DNA of 64,000 nt from Gemmataceae bacterium (GCA_043733485.1 JAYTGN010000107.1:7284-71283), one strand, 5' to 3'. Positions 25,937 through 38,604 are shown, numbered from the stretch's first letter. Notes: a model not told the origin generated them from the letters alone. Translations and numbers: made by a program.

Positions 25937-28900
25937 TTAGGCACCGAATTTTCGTCCGGTCGCTTTCCGAATGCCCGCTTGCATCGCACCGGCCATCGGC
26001 TTCACGAAGCGAAATCGGAGCACGTCCATGGCCGCGCGGCTCGCCGCGAGTACCCACGGATGCGTCGCGATGCGGCTGTGCGTCAGGTGATCGACGAGGG
26101 CGAAGAAGATCGGCGTGAGGAAGACGCCGAAGAGGGTGACGCCGACCATGCCGCCGAGTACGGCGATGCCCAACGCTTGCCGCATTTCCGCACCGGCCCC
26201 CGTGGCCATGGCCAGAGGCGCGACGCCGAGAATGAACGCGACCGACGTCATCATGATCGGGCGGAAGCGGAGGGTGCAGGCTTCGAGAACCGCGGTGCGT
26301 AAATCCGCGCCCTTATCGCGGGCCACCTTCGCGAACTCGACGATGAGGATCGCATTCTTGCAAGCGAGGCCGATGAGCACCACGAATCCGACCTGAGTGA
26401 AGATGTTGATGTCTTGCTTGAAGATGCCGGCCTTCGCCATCGGTGCGTTGATTGCCTTGATGACGTCGCGATCGAGCCAGCCGGCGGCTTGGAATACATT
26501 CTCGCCGCCGCCCCAAAATTGCTCGGGAGTCAGACCCCAGAGCCGGAGCATTTCAACGGCGGAGCCGGGGTCGGTGAGCCAGACGCCCACGAGCGACGAC
26601 GCCACGCAAACCGGCACCACGAGTATGACGGCGAGCGGGAACGCCCAGCTTTCGTAGAGCGCGGCGAGAATGAGGAAGACGAACGCGACCGAGAGCGTGA
26701 AGACCATCACGGTGGTATCGCCTCGGAAGGTGTATCCGCCGGGCAGGCGCAGTTCGGAACGGCCAGCCTTCTCCTCGAGGTAGGTCAGTTCGGTCCATTC
26801 GTAGGTCATGGTCTGGGCGGGGAGTTCCTGTTCGGCGAGTCGTTCCATGGCGAGGCGGAGGTCGCCGTTGCTCACGCCGGGTGCGACGTTCCCGTTCACG
26901 GCAGCGGCCGGATAAGTGTTGTAGCGCGTGATGACTTGCGGCCCACCGCGTTCGCGCACGGCCGTCACGGCGGCGAGCGGCACCATGTCGCCATGCTTGT
27001 TCCGCACCTTGATCTTGCGAATGTCGTCCACGCGGTCGCGGTGGCTCTGATCGGCTTGCACGTTCACTTGCCACGTGCGACCGAAGCGGTTGAAGTCGTT
27101 GACGTACTTGCTGCCCATGCTGCCTTGCAGGGCCGAGGAGACGTCGGTGACTTCGACGCCGCGAGCGAGGCACGCCGCCCGGTCGATGTCGAGGTAAATC
27201 TGCGGCGTGTTCGTTTTGAAGACCGTGAACATGCCGCCGGCCTGGGGGAGGAGATTGGCCTTGTCCACGAAGTTGCGGGTTTGCATTTCGAGGGCGACGG
27301 CCCCGGCGTCGCCGCGATCCTCGATCATGATGCGGAATCCGCCGGCGCGGCCGAGCCCGGACACGGCGGGTGCGCCGAACACATTCACCTGAGCGCCGGG
27401 AACCCGAGCCGCGAGTTGGGCCTGCAACCCTTGAATGATCTTCGCGGCATACAAGTCCGGATGCCGGCGCTCGGGGAAGTCTTTCAGGATGATGAACATC
27501 GACCCGAAGTTCGAGCCGTAGGCGCTGAGCACGAACGAGTTGCCGCCTATTCCGTTCGTGTGTGCGACCGGTCGCGCGCGGCGAATCCACACGCGTTCGC
27601 CCTTGCGTTCCACCTCCTCGGCACCCTCCTCGCCCGGCTTCGCGGGGATCTCCACCTCGTATTCGATGGCGACCTTGGCAATTTCCTGGAGCGTCTCGAT
27701 GGTGCGTTCGGCGGAAGCGGAATCGGGAAGCTGGATGCTCGCGATGAGGTAGCCTTTGTCTTGGGACGGGATGAAGCCGGTGGGGAGCGATCGATAGCCG
27801 TAGGTGCCCGCCACCAGGAGCCCGGCGTAGCCCGCGAGTACGAAGAGCGGCACGCGCAATCCCATGCCGACGATGCGAACGTAGACCCGCCCCGTCCAAG
27901 AGAACGCGCGGTTGAATGCGTCTGAGAAGAGCGTAAACGGCGAGAACGCGATTCCGACGATGCGACCGAGGAGGCTCGCCCTTCGTTCGCTCGAATGCTT
28001 CGGCTTCAAGAGCAAGGCCGCGAGCGCGGGGCTGAGCGTGAGTGAGTTCATCGTCGAGATCAAGGTCGAGATGGCAATCGTGAGCGCGAACTGGCGGAAG
28101 AACGAACCGACGAGGCCGGAGAGGAACGCACACGGAATGAAGACGGCGGAGAGTACGATGCCGACGGCCACGACGGGCCCCGCGACGTCTTCCATGGCGC
28201 GGATCGTGGCTTCGCGCGGCGCGAACCCGAGATCGAGTTTATGCTGCACGGCCTCGACCACCACGATGGCATCGTCCACGACGATACCGACCGCGAGAAC
28301 GAGGCCGAAGAGCGTGAGGTTGTTGATGCTGAAACCGGCGACGTACATTGCCGCGAACGTCCCGATGATGGCGACCGGCACGGCCAAGAGGGGAATGACC
28401 GCGGCCCGCCAAGAGCCGAGGAACACGAGTACCACGAGTGCCACGAGCACGATCGCATCGCGGAGCGAGTAGAAGACCTCTTGAATCGAAGCGATAATGA
28501 AAGGAGCGGTGTCGTAGCCGATCTCCCACTTCACACCGGGCGGGAAGTCTTTTTCCAACTCCCGCATCTTGTCTTGGATGGCCGCGGAGGTCTCGACGGC
28601 GTTGGCATTCGAGAGCAGGAAGATGCCGAGGCCGGTGGTGGGCTTGCGATCGAAGCGCGAGGTGACGTCCGAATTCTTGGAGCCGAGTACGACGCGGGCC
28701 ACATCCTTGATGCGAACCAGTTGTCCTTCACTTCCCACCTTGAGCACGATGTCGCGGAACTCCTCCTCGGTGGTGAGCCGGCCGATGCCGCTGAGGGTGA
28801 CCTGGAATGCTTGTTCGCGAGCGCCGCCGGTACTCTGTCCGATTTGCCCGGCAACGATCTGCGCGTTCTGGGTGCGGACCGCGGCAACCACGTCGCCGGG

Positions 28901-29503
28901 AGTGAGGCCGAGTTCCGCGAGTTTGTCGGGGTTCACCCAGATCCGCATCGAGTAGTCGCGCTGGCCGAAAATCGTCACGTCGCTGATGCCGGGAATGCGA
29001 GCAATCTCTTCCTTCAGATGGAGCGAGGCGTAGTTGCTGAGGTACAACTGGTCGTAGCTTCCGTCGGGGCTGTTGAAGCTCACGGTGAGCAAGAGTTCCG
29101 GTGAACGCTTGCGCGTGGTGAGGCCCGTTTGGCGAACTTCGGGTGGAAGTTGCGGCATCGCCAGCGCGACGCGGTTCAGCACGCGAACCTGGCACATGTT
29201 CAAGTCGGTGCCGGGTCGAAATGTGACCGTGAGCGTATAGCTGCCGTCGTTCGTACATTGCGAAGTCATGTACATCATGTCTTCGACGCCGTTCACCTGC
29301 TGCTCGATCGGCGAGGCGATCGTGTCCGAAACGGTCTTCGCATCCGCACCCGGAAAGTTGCAATCGACTTGAATCGTGGGGGGGGTAACCTGCGGGTACT
29401 GAGCGATGGGAAGCTTGAAGACGGCGAGCGCGCCGGCGAGCAGCACCACGGCCGAGAGCACCGTGGCGAAGATCGGACGGTCGATGAAGTAACGAGGTAT
29501 CAT
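25937..29503 (-). CDS. RND efflux transporter permease (HAE1 family), copy 1
   Basis: YFIDRPIFATV, PIAQYPQVTPPTI, GIVVDDAIVVVE, GLACKNAILIVEFAK, RFRPIMMTS. Confidence 0.97.
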   Translation of the reverse strand: MIPRYFIDRPIFATVLSAVVLLAGALAVFKLPIAQYPQVTPPTIQVDCNFPGADAKTVSDTIASPIEQQVNGVEDMMYMTSQCTNDGSYTLTVTFRPGTDLNMCQVRVLNRVALAMPQLPPEVRQTGLTTRKRSPELLLTVSFNSPDGSYDQLYLSNYASLHLKEEIARIPGISDVTIFGQRDYSMRIWVNPDKLAELGLTPGDVVAAVRTQNAQIVAGQIGQSTGGAREQAFQVTLSGIGRLTTEEEFRDIVLKVGSEGQLVRIKDVARVVLGSKNSDVTSRFDRKPTTGLGIFLLSNANAVETSAAIQDKMRELEKDFPPGVKWEIGYDTAPFIIASIQEVFYSLRDAIVLVALVVLVFLGSWRAAVIPLLAVPVAIIGTFAAMYVAGFSINNLTLFGLVLAVGIVVDDAIVVVEAVQHKLDLGFAPREATIRAMEDVAGPVVAVGIVLSAVFIPCAFLSGLVGSFFRQFALTIAISTLISTMNSLTLSPALAALLLKPKHSSERRASLLGRIVGIAFSPFTLFSDAFNRAFSWTGRVYVRIVGMGLRVPLFVLAGYAGLLVAGTYGYRSLPTGFIPSQDKGYLIASIQLPDSASAERTIETLQEIAKVAIEYEVEIPAKPGEEGAEEVERKGERVWIRRARPVAHTNGIGGNSFVLSAYGSNFGSMFIILKDFPERRHPDLYAAKIIQGLQAQLAARVPGAQVNVFGAPAVSGLGRAGGFRIMIEDRGDAGAVALEMQTRNFVDKANLLPQAGGMFTVFKTNTPQIYLDIDRAACLARGVEVTDVSSALQGSMGSKYVNDFNRFGRTWQVNVQADQSHRDRVDDIRKIKVRNKHGDMVPLAAVTAVRERGGPQVITRYNTYPAAAVNGNVAPGVSNGDLRLAMERLAEQELPAQTMTYEWTELTYLEEKAGRSELRLPGGYTFRGDTTVMVFTLSVAFVFLILAALYESWAFPLAVILVVPVCVASSLVGVWLTDPGSAVEMLRLWGLTPEQFWGGGENVFQAAGWLDRDVIKAINAPMAKAGIFKQDINIFTQVGFVVLIGLACKNAILIVEFAKVARDKGADLRTAVLEACTLRFRPIMMTSVAFILGVAPLAMATGAGAEMRQALGIAVLGGMVGVTLFGVFLTPIFFALVDHLTHSRIATHPWVLAASRAAMDVLRFRFVKPMAGAMQAGIRKATGRKFGA

Positions 29504-29532
29504 AAAGGCCCGAAGTCCAGCGGCGAGGATCG

Positions 29533-30819
29533 TTACTTCTTCGAGTCGTTACCAGGCATCGCGAGTTTCTTATCGGAGGTGGTGCTGGCTTTGGGGTTCA
29601 CCTTCATCCCGGCTCGCACGCGCTGGAGGCCGCTCACGATGATGCGTTCGCCTGCCGCGAGGCCTTCATCGATGACGCGGAGCTTGCCGTCTTGCGGGCC
29701 GAGCTTCACGCGGCGATAGATCGCCTCGTCTTTCTCGTTCACCACATAAACGAACCGCTGACCTTGGTCCGAACCAAGAGCCTCCTCGGGAATCAACATG
29801 CCGGGGTGTTCCTTGCCGACGGGCAATCGCACGCGCACGAACATGCCGGGCGAAAGGAGCTTCAAGCCCTTTTGTTCCGCACCCACGGCCGCAGCCGAGC
29901 CCACGAGCGCGGGAAGCGGAGCGAACTGGAGGCTCGGGTTCTTCATCTCCGCGCGGAACCTTAGCGTGCCGGTGTTCAGATCGAGTTGATTGTCCGCGAA
30001 CGTGAGTGGAGCGGAGAACGAGTGCCCCTCTTCGTCGGCGAGCCCGATGAGTACGTCGAGACGGGCGTCGCGCGACGACGTGATCTTCCCGGCGGCGATC
30101 AATTTGCGAAACATGAGGACGGTGCGTTCGTCGATGTCGAAGGAGACGTAGATGGGATCGAGGACAACGAGCCGCGTGAGCACGGTGTCGTTCGCTTTCA
30201 CGACGTTGCCGGGATCGACCATGTGTCGGCTGATGCGGCCCGTGTAGGGGGCGGCGATTTTCGTGTAGCTCAGTTGAATGTTCGCCGTATCGACCGCCGC
30301 GGAGGCAGCGTCCTTTTGGGCTTCCGAAGCGGCGAGCTGTGCGGTGTTCACATCCAAGGTCGCGCGGGCTTTATCGACATCGGTCTGCGCCGCGGCCGAT
30401 TCTTCGGCGGCCTTGGCGGCGCGACGAAGCTCCGCCTTCGCCAGCAAGATCTGCGCCTTCCAGTTCGAGATGTCGGCCTTCGACTTTTCCAGATCGGCCG
30501 ACACCTTCTTGGTCGCGGCCCGGTACAGTTCATCCTCGATGTCGAAGAGCGCCGCACCGGCGGTCACGAACTCGCCGTCCCGAAAGTACACCGACTTCAG
30601 TCGACCGGTGATCTCCGGCCGAACATCCACCATCCGGTAAGCTTCCGTACGGCCCGTGAAATCTTCGTAATCGGTGACGCCGCGACTGATGGGCACTTCC
30701 ACGAACACATCGGGCGGTGCCGGTTTTAAGGCCGGTGCCACCGGCTTCGCGCACCCCGCGATTGCGAGAACCTGCGTTAGGAGAAGGAACGTGAACGGAA
30801 AGCGAGAAGCAATGGTCAT
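29533..30819 (-). CDS. RND periplasmic adaptor (membrane fusion protein), lipoprotein
   Basis: LAIAGC lipobox; EDFTGRTEA, VDVRPEITG, IAAPYTGRIS, VDPGNVV, TGTLRFRA, LSPGMFVRVRL, SGLQRVRAG. Start placed at MTIASR. Confidence 0.95.
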   Translation of the reverse strand: MTIASRFPFTFLLLTQVLAIAGCAKPVAPALKPAPPDVFVEVPISRGVTDYEDFTGRTEAYRMVDVRPEITGRLKSVYFRDGEFVTAGAALFDIEDELYRAATKKVSADLEKSKADISNWKAQILLAKAELRRAAKAAEESAAAQTDVDKARATLDVNTAQLAASEAQKDAASAAVDTANIQLSYTKIAAPYTGRISRHMVDPGNVVKANDTVLTRLVVLDPIYVSFDIDERTVLMFRKLIAAGKITSSRDARLDVLIGLADEEGHSFSAPLTFADNQLDLNTGTLRFRAEMKNPSLQFAPLPALVGSAAAVGAEQKGLKLLSPGMFVRVRLPVGKEHPGMLIPEEALGSDQGQRFVYVVNEKDEAIYRRVKLGPQDGKLRVIDEGLAAGERIIVSGLQRVRAGMKVNPKASTTSDKKLAMPGNDSKK

Positions 30820-30954
30820 GGTCGGGTGTCGTCGGCTGGAGGGCAAGGCAGTGGGCAACCGGGGATACACACGGCTTGCCGCGGGTCTTACAGGAGCCAG
30901 TAGCAATGGTATCGCACGCGACGGACGAATGGCAGATGGAGTTCGGCTTGGGAG

Positions 30955-30982
30955 TTGCATCCGACCGCGTGCTGCTCATAAT
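30955..30982 (+). promoter_or_regulatory. sigma70-type promoter candidate for the kinase-WD40 gene
   Basis: TTGCAT-16 bp-CATAAT, 40 bp upstream of the 31023 ATG. Confidence 0.5.
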
Positions 30983-31022
30983 CATTCTTAGTAGTCAACC
31001 TGTGATTGTTCAGGTCCGTCCA

Positions 31023-33344
<2,322 letters not shown>

Positions 33345-33357
33345 TCCAACTCACCCC

Positions 33358-34758
33358 TTACGCCAGGATGGGCTTCACGATCTTGCCGTGAACATCCGTC
33401 AAGCGGTAGTCGCGGCCTTGGAAGCGGAACGTCAGCCGTTCGTGGTCGACGCCGAGCAAGTGCAGCATGGTGGCGTGGAGGTCGAAGACCTCGACGACGT
33501 TCTCCGCGGCATGGTAGCCGAAGTCGTCGGTGGCTCCATGCGTGACGCCACCCTTGATGCCGCCGCCGGCCATCCACAACGAGAAGCCCTTCATGTGGTG
33601 GTCGCGGCCGCTGCCGCCCTGCGACATCGGCGTGCGCCCGAACTCGCCGGTGCACACGATCAGCGTGTCCTCGAACATGCCGAGTCGCTTCAGATCCTTG
33701 ATCAGTGCCGCGCACGGTTGGTCGATCTCGGCGATCTTCTGCTTGATGCCGTCTTTCACGCCGCCGTGGTGATCCCAGTCGCGGTTGTAGAGTTGGATGA
33801 AGCGAACGCCCTTCTGGGCCAGGCGACGCGCGAGCAGGCAGTTCGCGCCGAACGAGCCGTCGGAACCCTTGACGCCGTAGCTTTCGAGGACGGCCTTCGG
33901 TTCTTGCGAAATGTCCATGAGAGCGGGCACGCTCGCCTGCATCTTGAACGCGAGTTCGTACTGCGAAATCCGCGTTGCGATCTCGGGGTCGTCCACGACG
34001 CCGTTCTGAAGTTGGTTCAATCGGGAAACGGCGTCGATGACGTCCTTCTGTTTCGCGCGGTCGACGCCGGGCGGATTGGTGAGGTAAAGAACGGGGTCGC
34101 CTTGGCCGCGGAGGTGGACGCCCTGGAATTTGCCCGGCAGGAAGCCGGCGCTCCATTGCCGCGACGCGATCGGCTGCATCTGCCCACCGCGGCTCGACGT
34201 GAGCACCACGAATCCCGGCAAATCTTCCGTCTCCGAGCCCAAGCCGTACGTGATCCACGAACCCATGCTCGGGCGACCGGAGACGCTCGACCCGGAGTTC
34301 ATGAAGGTGTGGGCCGGATCGTGGTTGATCGCTTCCGTTTTCATCGAACGGATCATGCAGAGGTCGTCGGCCACGGTAGGGAGGTGCGTGAACAGTTCGT
34401 TCATCTCGATGCCGCCGGCGCCGTGCTTCTTGAAGCCCCATTGCGGGCCGAGGCAAGTCAGCTTCGCGCCTTGAAGCTGCGCGATCGGCTGGCCCTTGGT
34501 GATGGAGTCGGGCATCGGCTGGCCGTCGTTCTTCGCGAGCACCGGCTTGTTGTCGTACAGTTCGAGGTGGCTCGGCCCGCCGGCCATCACGAGGAAGATG
34601 ACTCGCTTCGCCTTCGGCTTCACATGCGACTTCGTGATGACGCCCTTGGTGCCCGCGGCCTGCGCCTGTTGGAACAACGAGGCGAGCGCCATCGCACCCA
34701 GCCCACGGCACGATTGACCGAGGAAGGTGCGGCGCTGTTGCTGAGTGATCGGATTCAT
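33358..34758 (-). CDS. DUF1501 domain protein (Tat-like signal)
   Basis: RRTFL signal; KAKRVIFLVMAGGPSHLELYDNKP, EAINHDPA, DWDHHG, TGEFGRTP, GRDHH, DLHATMLHLLGVDH. Confidence 0.92.
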   Translation of the reverse strand: MNPITQQQRRTFLGQSCRGLGAMALASLFQQAQAAGTKGVITKSHVKPKAKRVIFLVMAGGPSHLELYDNKPVLAKNDGQPMPDSITKGQPIAQLQGAKLTCLGPQWGFKKHGAGGIEMNELFTHLPTVADDLCMIRSMKTEAINHDPAHTFMNSGSSVSGRPSMGSWITYGLGSETEDLPGFVVLTSSRGGQMQPIASRQWSAGFLPGKFQGVHLRGQGDPVLYLTNPPGVDRAKQKDVIDAVSRLNQLQNGVVDDPEIATRISQYELAFKMQASVPALMDISQEPKAVLESYGVKGSDGSFGANCLLARRLAQKGVRFIQLYNRDWDHHGGVKDGIKQKIAEIDQPCAALIKDLKRLGMFEDTLIVCTGEFGRTPMSQGGSGRDHHMKGFSLWMAGGGIKGGVTHGATDDFGYHAAENVVEVFDLHATMLHLLGVDHERLTFRFQGRDYRLTDVHGKIVKPILA

Positions 34759-34809
34759 GATGAACTCCAAGTAGCTTCAGCCAACACGGTGAATCGGTAC
34801 AACGCTCCG

Positions 34810-35325
34810 TCAATTCACTCTACCGAACATCCACAATAGACCAGCGTCAGGGTAAGTAACGATTTCGTCTCCATCCACGAATGATGCAACTGTGATCCAG
34901 TTGTGTATCGGCGATTGCTCCTCAAAGTCGAGGCTCCCTCGGTTCACATTAAGCCGTGGATCATGCTTATCATCCAGGAACTCACGAACCACTTGACCGC
35001 GACGAACCACGATTAATTGCCCGTACGGAACCGAGTCGTTGTATCCTGCGAAAACTAACTCCTCACGGCCGGCAAGTGCTTTCCACATTTCAGCCGAAAT
35101 CGATGCAAGATATCCCGTTTGGTCGTTGAAGACGGTCCATTCACCAGATTCGTGGATGAAGAGCGCCACTCGACTGCGCCACTTTCCATTTGTTGTTGCA
35201 GCGTCAATAGCTTCGTTCCACTTCACTTTCATTGGCGGTCCCAACTCGGCGAGTCCGATGCAATCCGAAAAGCGCTGCATGGCTTCGGCAATGGGTAGCC
35301 GGATTCGAGCGTAGCTCGGGCACAT
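34810..35325 (-). CDS. Low-GC orphan hypothetical protein inserted between the PSD1 and DUF1501 genes
   Basis: Open frame of about 172 codons filling the gap. ATG is 5 bp after the PSD1 stop; many A/T-ending codons. Start uncertain. Confidence 0.7.
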   Translation of the reverse strand: MCPSYARIRLPIAEAMQRFSDCIGLAELGPPMKVKWNEAIDAATTNGKWRSRVALFIHESGEWTVFNDQTGYLASISAEMWKALAGREELVFAGYNDSVPYGQLIVVRRGQVVREFLDDKHDPRLNVNRGSLDFEEQSPIHNWITVASFVDGDEIVTYPDAGLLWMFGRVN

Positions 35326-35330
35326 ACGAT

Positions 35331-37682
35331 TCACTGCCTCGTAATCGTTTCGTGTAGGTTCAGCACCACGCGGCAAACGCTGGTCCACGCGGCAAGTTCG
35401 GCCAGGTTCATGTCGGCGGGCACCTTCACCTCGCCGACCGCGAGTAACTTCTTCGCCTCGTCGGGCTTCTCCGCGTACTCCTTGCGGTGCTTCGCCAACA
35501 TGCCGAGGAGAATCTTCGCCTCAGCGTCCTTCGGCAAACGGCCCGTGGCACGCGCGAACATCGAGGCGATGCGTGCCTCGTCCTGGCCGCCATCGGCAAG
35601 CAACTTCACGGCGAACGCCTTCGCGGCTTCCACGAACTCGGGATCGTTCAAGAGCACGAGTGCCTGCTGCGGGATGTTGGAACGCGGCCGCTCGGCCGTG
35701 CATTCCTCGCGGCTCGTGGCATCGAAGGCAACCATCGCCGGATGCGGGAAGCTCCGCTGCCAGTGGGTGTACATGCCGCGACGATAGGTCTTCTCGCCGG
35801 CGTCCTTCTGCCATTCTCGCGTGGGGAAGTTCAGGGCCGCCCAGTAGCCGAGGGGTTGGTACGGCTTCACGCTTTCGCCGCCAATCTTCGGGCTGAGCAG
35901 ACCGGCGATGGAGAGCGCGTTATCGCGGACGAACTCGGCTTCGAGCCGCCATCGCGATTGCCGGGCGAAGAGCTTGTTGAACGGATCGCGTTCGCGCGAC
36001 ACCGGCGTCTCGACCGACGATTGCTTGTACGTTTGCGACGTGACCATGAGCCGCACGATGTGTTTCACGTCCCATTCATGCCCGACTTCCTTCGGGTGCA
36101 AGCTTTGAAACTCCATTGCCAGCCAATCCAGCAACTCGGGGTGCGTGGGAAGTTGACCCTGGGTGCCTGTTTCCTCCAGCGATCGGGCGATGCCGTAGCC
36201 GAAGAAGAGCTTCCATAGGCGGTTCGCGGCGACGCGAGCCGTAAGCGGGTTCTCGGGCGCGACCGTCCACTTCGCCAAGTCGAGGCGATTGTAGCGACCG
36301 TTCTTTAAGGGAAGCGGCGGCAAAAATCCCGGCGTGTTCGGAAGCATGACTTCGCCGGACTTGTCTTGCCAGTTGCCGCGAGCCAGGATGCGCACCACCC
36401 GCGGCGTCGTCGCCGTTGTGACCAGCGTCTTCGGGATTGTGGCCTCGAAGTCCGTCTTCGCCTTCGTTGCCGCGGCGACCGCATCGCGCTCCCGCTTGAG
36501 GATGGCCTGCGGCAACACCGTCGAACGAACCGCGAGTTGGGTCTGGGCGACTGCGACGGCATCCGTCAGTTCCTTCAATCGCGCGTCCTGCTCGGGCGTA
36601 CTCACGACAAGGCCCGGCTCTCGCCGGCCAATCGGAGACTCCTGTACGTCCGCGAAGAACGCCGCGGTGGCGTAGAAGTCTTTCTGCGTGTACGGGTCGA
36701 ACTTGTGGTTGTGGCACTCGGCACACATGATCGTGCCGCCGAGCCAGACCTGGCCGTAGTTGCGAACGCGATCGGAAGAGTACTTCGCGATGTATTCTTC
36801 CGCCTGGGCCCCGCCTTCCTCCGTCGTTTGAAGCAAGCGGTTGTAGGCGGTGGCCACCCGCTGCGAACGAGTCGGGTTCGGCAACAGATCCCCGGCCAAT
36901 TGTTCGACTGTGAATTGGTCGAACGGCCGATTCGCATTGAACGAGTCGATCACCCACTCGCGGTAGGGTGCGACGTTGATCTCGTTATCGCTGTGGTAGC
37001 CGGCCGAGTCCGCGAAGCGAACGAGGTCGAGCCACCAGACGGCCATTCGTTCGCCGTAGTGCGGCGAGGCCAGCAAGCGGTCCACGAGCTTCTCGTAAGC
37101 ATCGGGTGCTTTGTCGTTCGCGAAAGCCTTCACCTCGCCGGGCGTCGGCGGGAGGCCGGTGAGATCGAGCGCGAGCCGGCGAATGAGCGTGGCGCGATCC
37201 GCCTCCGCACTTGGAGCAACGCCTTCTTGCTTCAAGCGGTACTGGAGGAACGCGTCGATGGGGTGGCGAATGGCGTCCACTTTCGGAACGTCGGGGCGCG
37301 TCAACTTTGCGAACGACCAATGTTCCGAGTACTTTCCACCTTCTGCGATCCACTGCTTGAAGAGGCCAATCTGTTCCGGCGTGAGCGGCGGCTTCTTCGA
37401 CTTCGTCGGCGGCATCACTTCCTCCGCATCTTTCGAGGTGATCCGTGCGAGAAGTTTGCTGGCCTCCGGTTTGCCGGGCTCGATCGCGCCGCTCTTGACT
37501 GCGACATCGCGAAGGTCGAGCCGCAGGTCGGCCTTGCGAGCTTTTTCGTCCGGGCCGTGGCAGGCGTAGCATTGCGTGGCGAGAATCGGGCGGATGTCCC
37601 GGTTGAAGTCCACCGGGGCAGCAATCGTTGCCGAGTCGGTGAGCAGGAAGAGTACACACGCGATCGTGATCGTTTTTCGCAT
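35331..37682 (-). CDS. PSCyt1/PSD1 (DUF1549 + DUF1553) planctomycete cytochrome c domain protein
   Basis: Signal peptide; VDFNRDIRPILATQCYACHGPD; LIRRLALDLTGLPPT; SPHYGERMA; CAECHNHKFDP; NPLTARVAANRLW; PTHPELLDWLA; PQQALVLLN. Confidence 0.93.
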   Translation of the reverse strand: MRKTITIACVLFLLTDSATIAAPVDFNRDIRPILATQCYACHGPDEKARKADLRLDLRDVAVKSGAIEPGKPEASKLLARITSKDAEEVMPPTKSKKPPLTPEQIGLFKQWIAEGGKYSEHWSFAKLTRPDVPKVDAIRHPIDAFLQYRLKQEGVAPSAEADRATLIRRLALDLTGLPPTPGEVKAFANDKAPDAYEKLVDRLLASPHYGERMAVWWLDLVRFADSAGYHSDNEINVAPYREWVIDSFNANRPFDQFTVEQLAGDLLPNPTRSQRVATAYNRLLQTTEEGGAQAEEYIAKYSSDRVRNYGQVWLGGTIMCAECHNHKFDPYTQKDFYATAAFFADVQESPIGRREPGLVVSTPEQDARLKELTDAVAVAQTQLAVRSTVLPQAILKRERDAVAAATKAKTDFEATIPKTLVTTATTPRVVRILARGNWQDKSGEVMLPNTPGFLPPLPLKNGRYNRLDLAKWTVAPENPLTARVAANRLWKLFFGYGIARSLEETGTQGQLPTHPELLDWLAMEFQSLHPKEVGHEWDVKHIVRLMVTSQTYKQSSVETPVSRERDPFNKLFARQSRWRLEAEFVRDNALSIAGLLSPKIGGESVKPYQPLGYWAALNFPTREWQKDAGEKTYRRGMYTHWQRSFPHPAMVAFDATSREECTAERPRSNIPQQALVLLNDPEFVEAAKAFAVKLLADGGQDEARIASMFARATGRLPKDAEAKILLGMLAKHRKEYAEKPDEAKKLLAVGEVKVPADMNLAELAAWTSVCRVVLNLHETITRQ

Positions 37683-37757
37683 GATCGGTACTTGCGGGCG
37701 GGAGCGTGGGGGGTGAGGTAGGAATTGTATCCGAAGTTCGCCCGAGTTCACTTTGAA

Positions 37758-37786
37758 ATGACTGCTCGGTGGCAGGCTCGTAGAAT
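37758..37786 (+). promoter_or_regulatory. sigma70-type promoter candidate for tRNA-Ile2
   Basis: ATGACT-17 bp-TAGAAT, 45 bp upstream of the tRNA. Confidence 0.55.
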
Positions 37787-37831
37787 TGCTCGAATCGAAC
37801 CTCGCTGCCCGCAGCGAACTCGGTGAACGAC

Positions 37832-37904
<73 letters not shown>

Positions 37905-38004
37905 ATGCCATCGTCAGTGACATGATTTGCAGATCAGCGAAGCGCTGGAGCGAACGGGGGTGAGGTACTTCAAATCATTCCCTCATTCCCGCGAATAGAC
38001 TCTC

Positions 38005-38033
38005 TGAAACCCCACACCCGGTTTGCGGGTATC
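38005..38033 (+). promoter_or_regulatory. Possible ECF-type autoregulatory promoter
   Basis: TGAAAC ... GGTATC about 20 bp upstream of the ECF GTG start. Confidence 0.4.
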
Positions 38034-38052
38034 TTCTGGCAGAGGCTCGTTC

Positions 38053-38604
38053 GTGTCCGATGCCGTGCTCGTACGCCGCTGTCTGACCGGGGATTCGGCC
38101 GCGACCCGCGAGCTGGTCGAACGCTTCCAGGGGGATGTGTTCGGCCTCTGCCATCGGCTCCTCGGCCACAGCCAAGATGCTGAGGACGTGTCGCAGGAAG
38201 TGTTCATCCGCATCTTTCGCAGCTTGAAACGCTGGGATGCGACGCGACCGCTAAAGCCCTGGATTCTCGGCATCACGGTGAACCGCTGCCGGACGGCCCT
38301 CGGGAAACGCGCCAAAGGGCCGGAACTCGCGGACTACTTGCACGAGATGCCGGACCACCGGCCCGTGGACGACTCGACGGAATTGACGCGCGAAATTCGA
38401 GCGGCCGTGGATGAACTGCGACCCGATTACCGGGCCGTGTTCATCTTGTTTCACGAGCAGGGGCAGGCTTACGAAGACATTGCCGAGGCCATCGAACGGC
38501 CGGTCGGCACGATCAAGACCTGGCTGCACCGCGCCCGGGTCGAGTTATTGGAACGGCTGCGTTCCAAGGGATTCGTTCCGGACGAGGAAGGTGAATCGAA
38601 ATGA
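38053..38604 (+). CDS. ECF RNA polymerase sigma factor
   Basis: DAEDVSQEVFIRIFRSL, KPWILGITVNRCR; region 4 LRPDYRAVFILFH...YEDIAEAIERPVGTIKTWLHRAR. Confidence 0.9.
   Translation: MSDAVLVRRCLTGDSAATRELVERFQGDVFGLCHRLLGHSQDAEDVSQEVFIRIFRSLKRWDATRPLKPWILGITVNRCRTALGKRAKGPELADYLHEMPDHRPVDDSTELTREIRAAVDELRPDYRAVFILFHEQGQAYEDIAEAIERPVGTIKTWLHRARVELLERLRSKGFVPDEEGESK

Noticed and set aside
30876-31022. Upstream start extensions in the track (e.g. 30876, 30960, 19075, 37751, 39657, 5078, 9246)
   Set aside because: They overlap neighbouring genes or promoters; internal starts give proper signal peptides, lipoboxes or domain boundaries.
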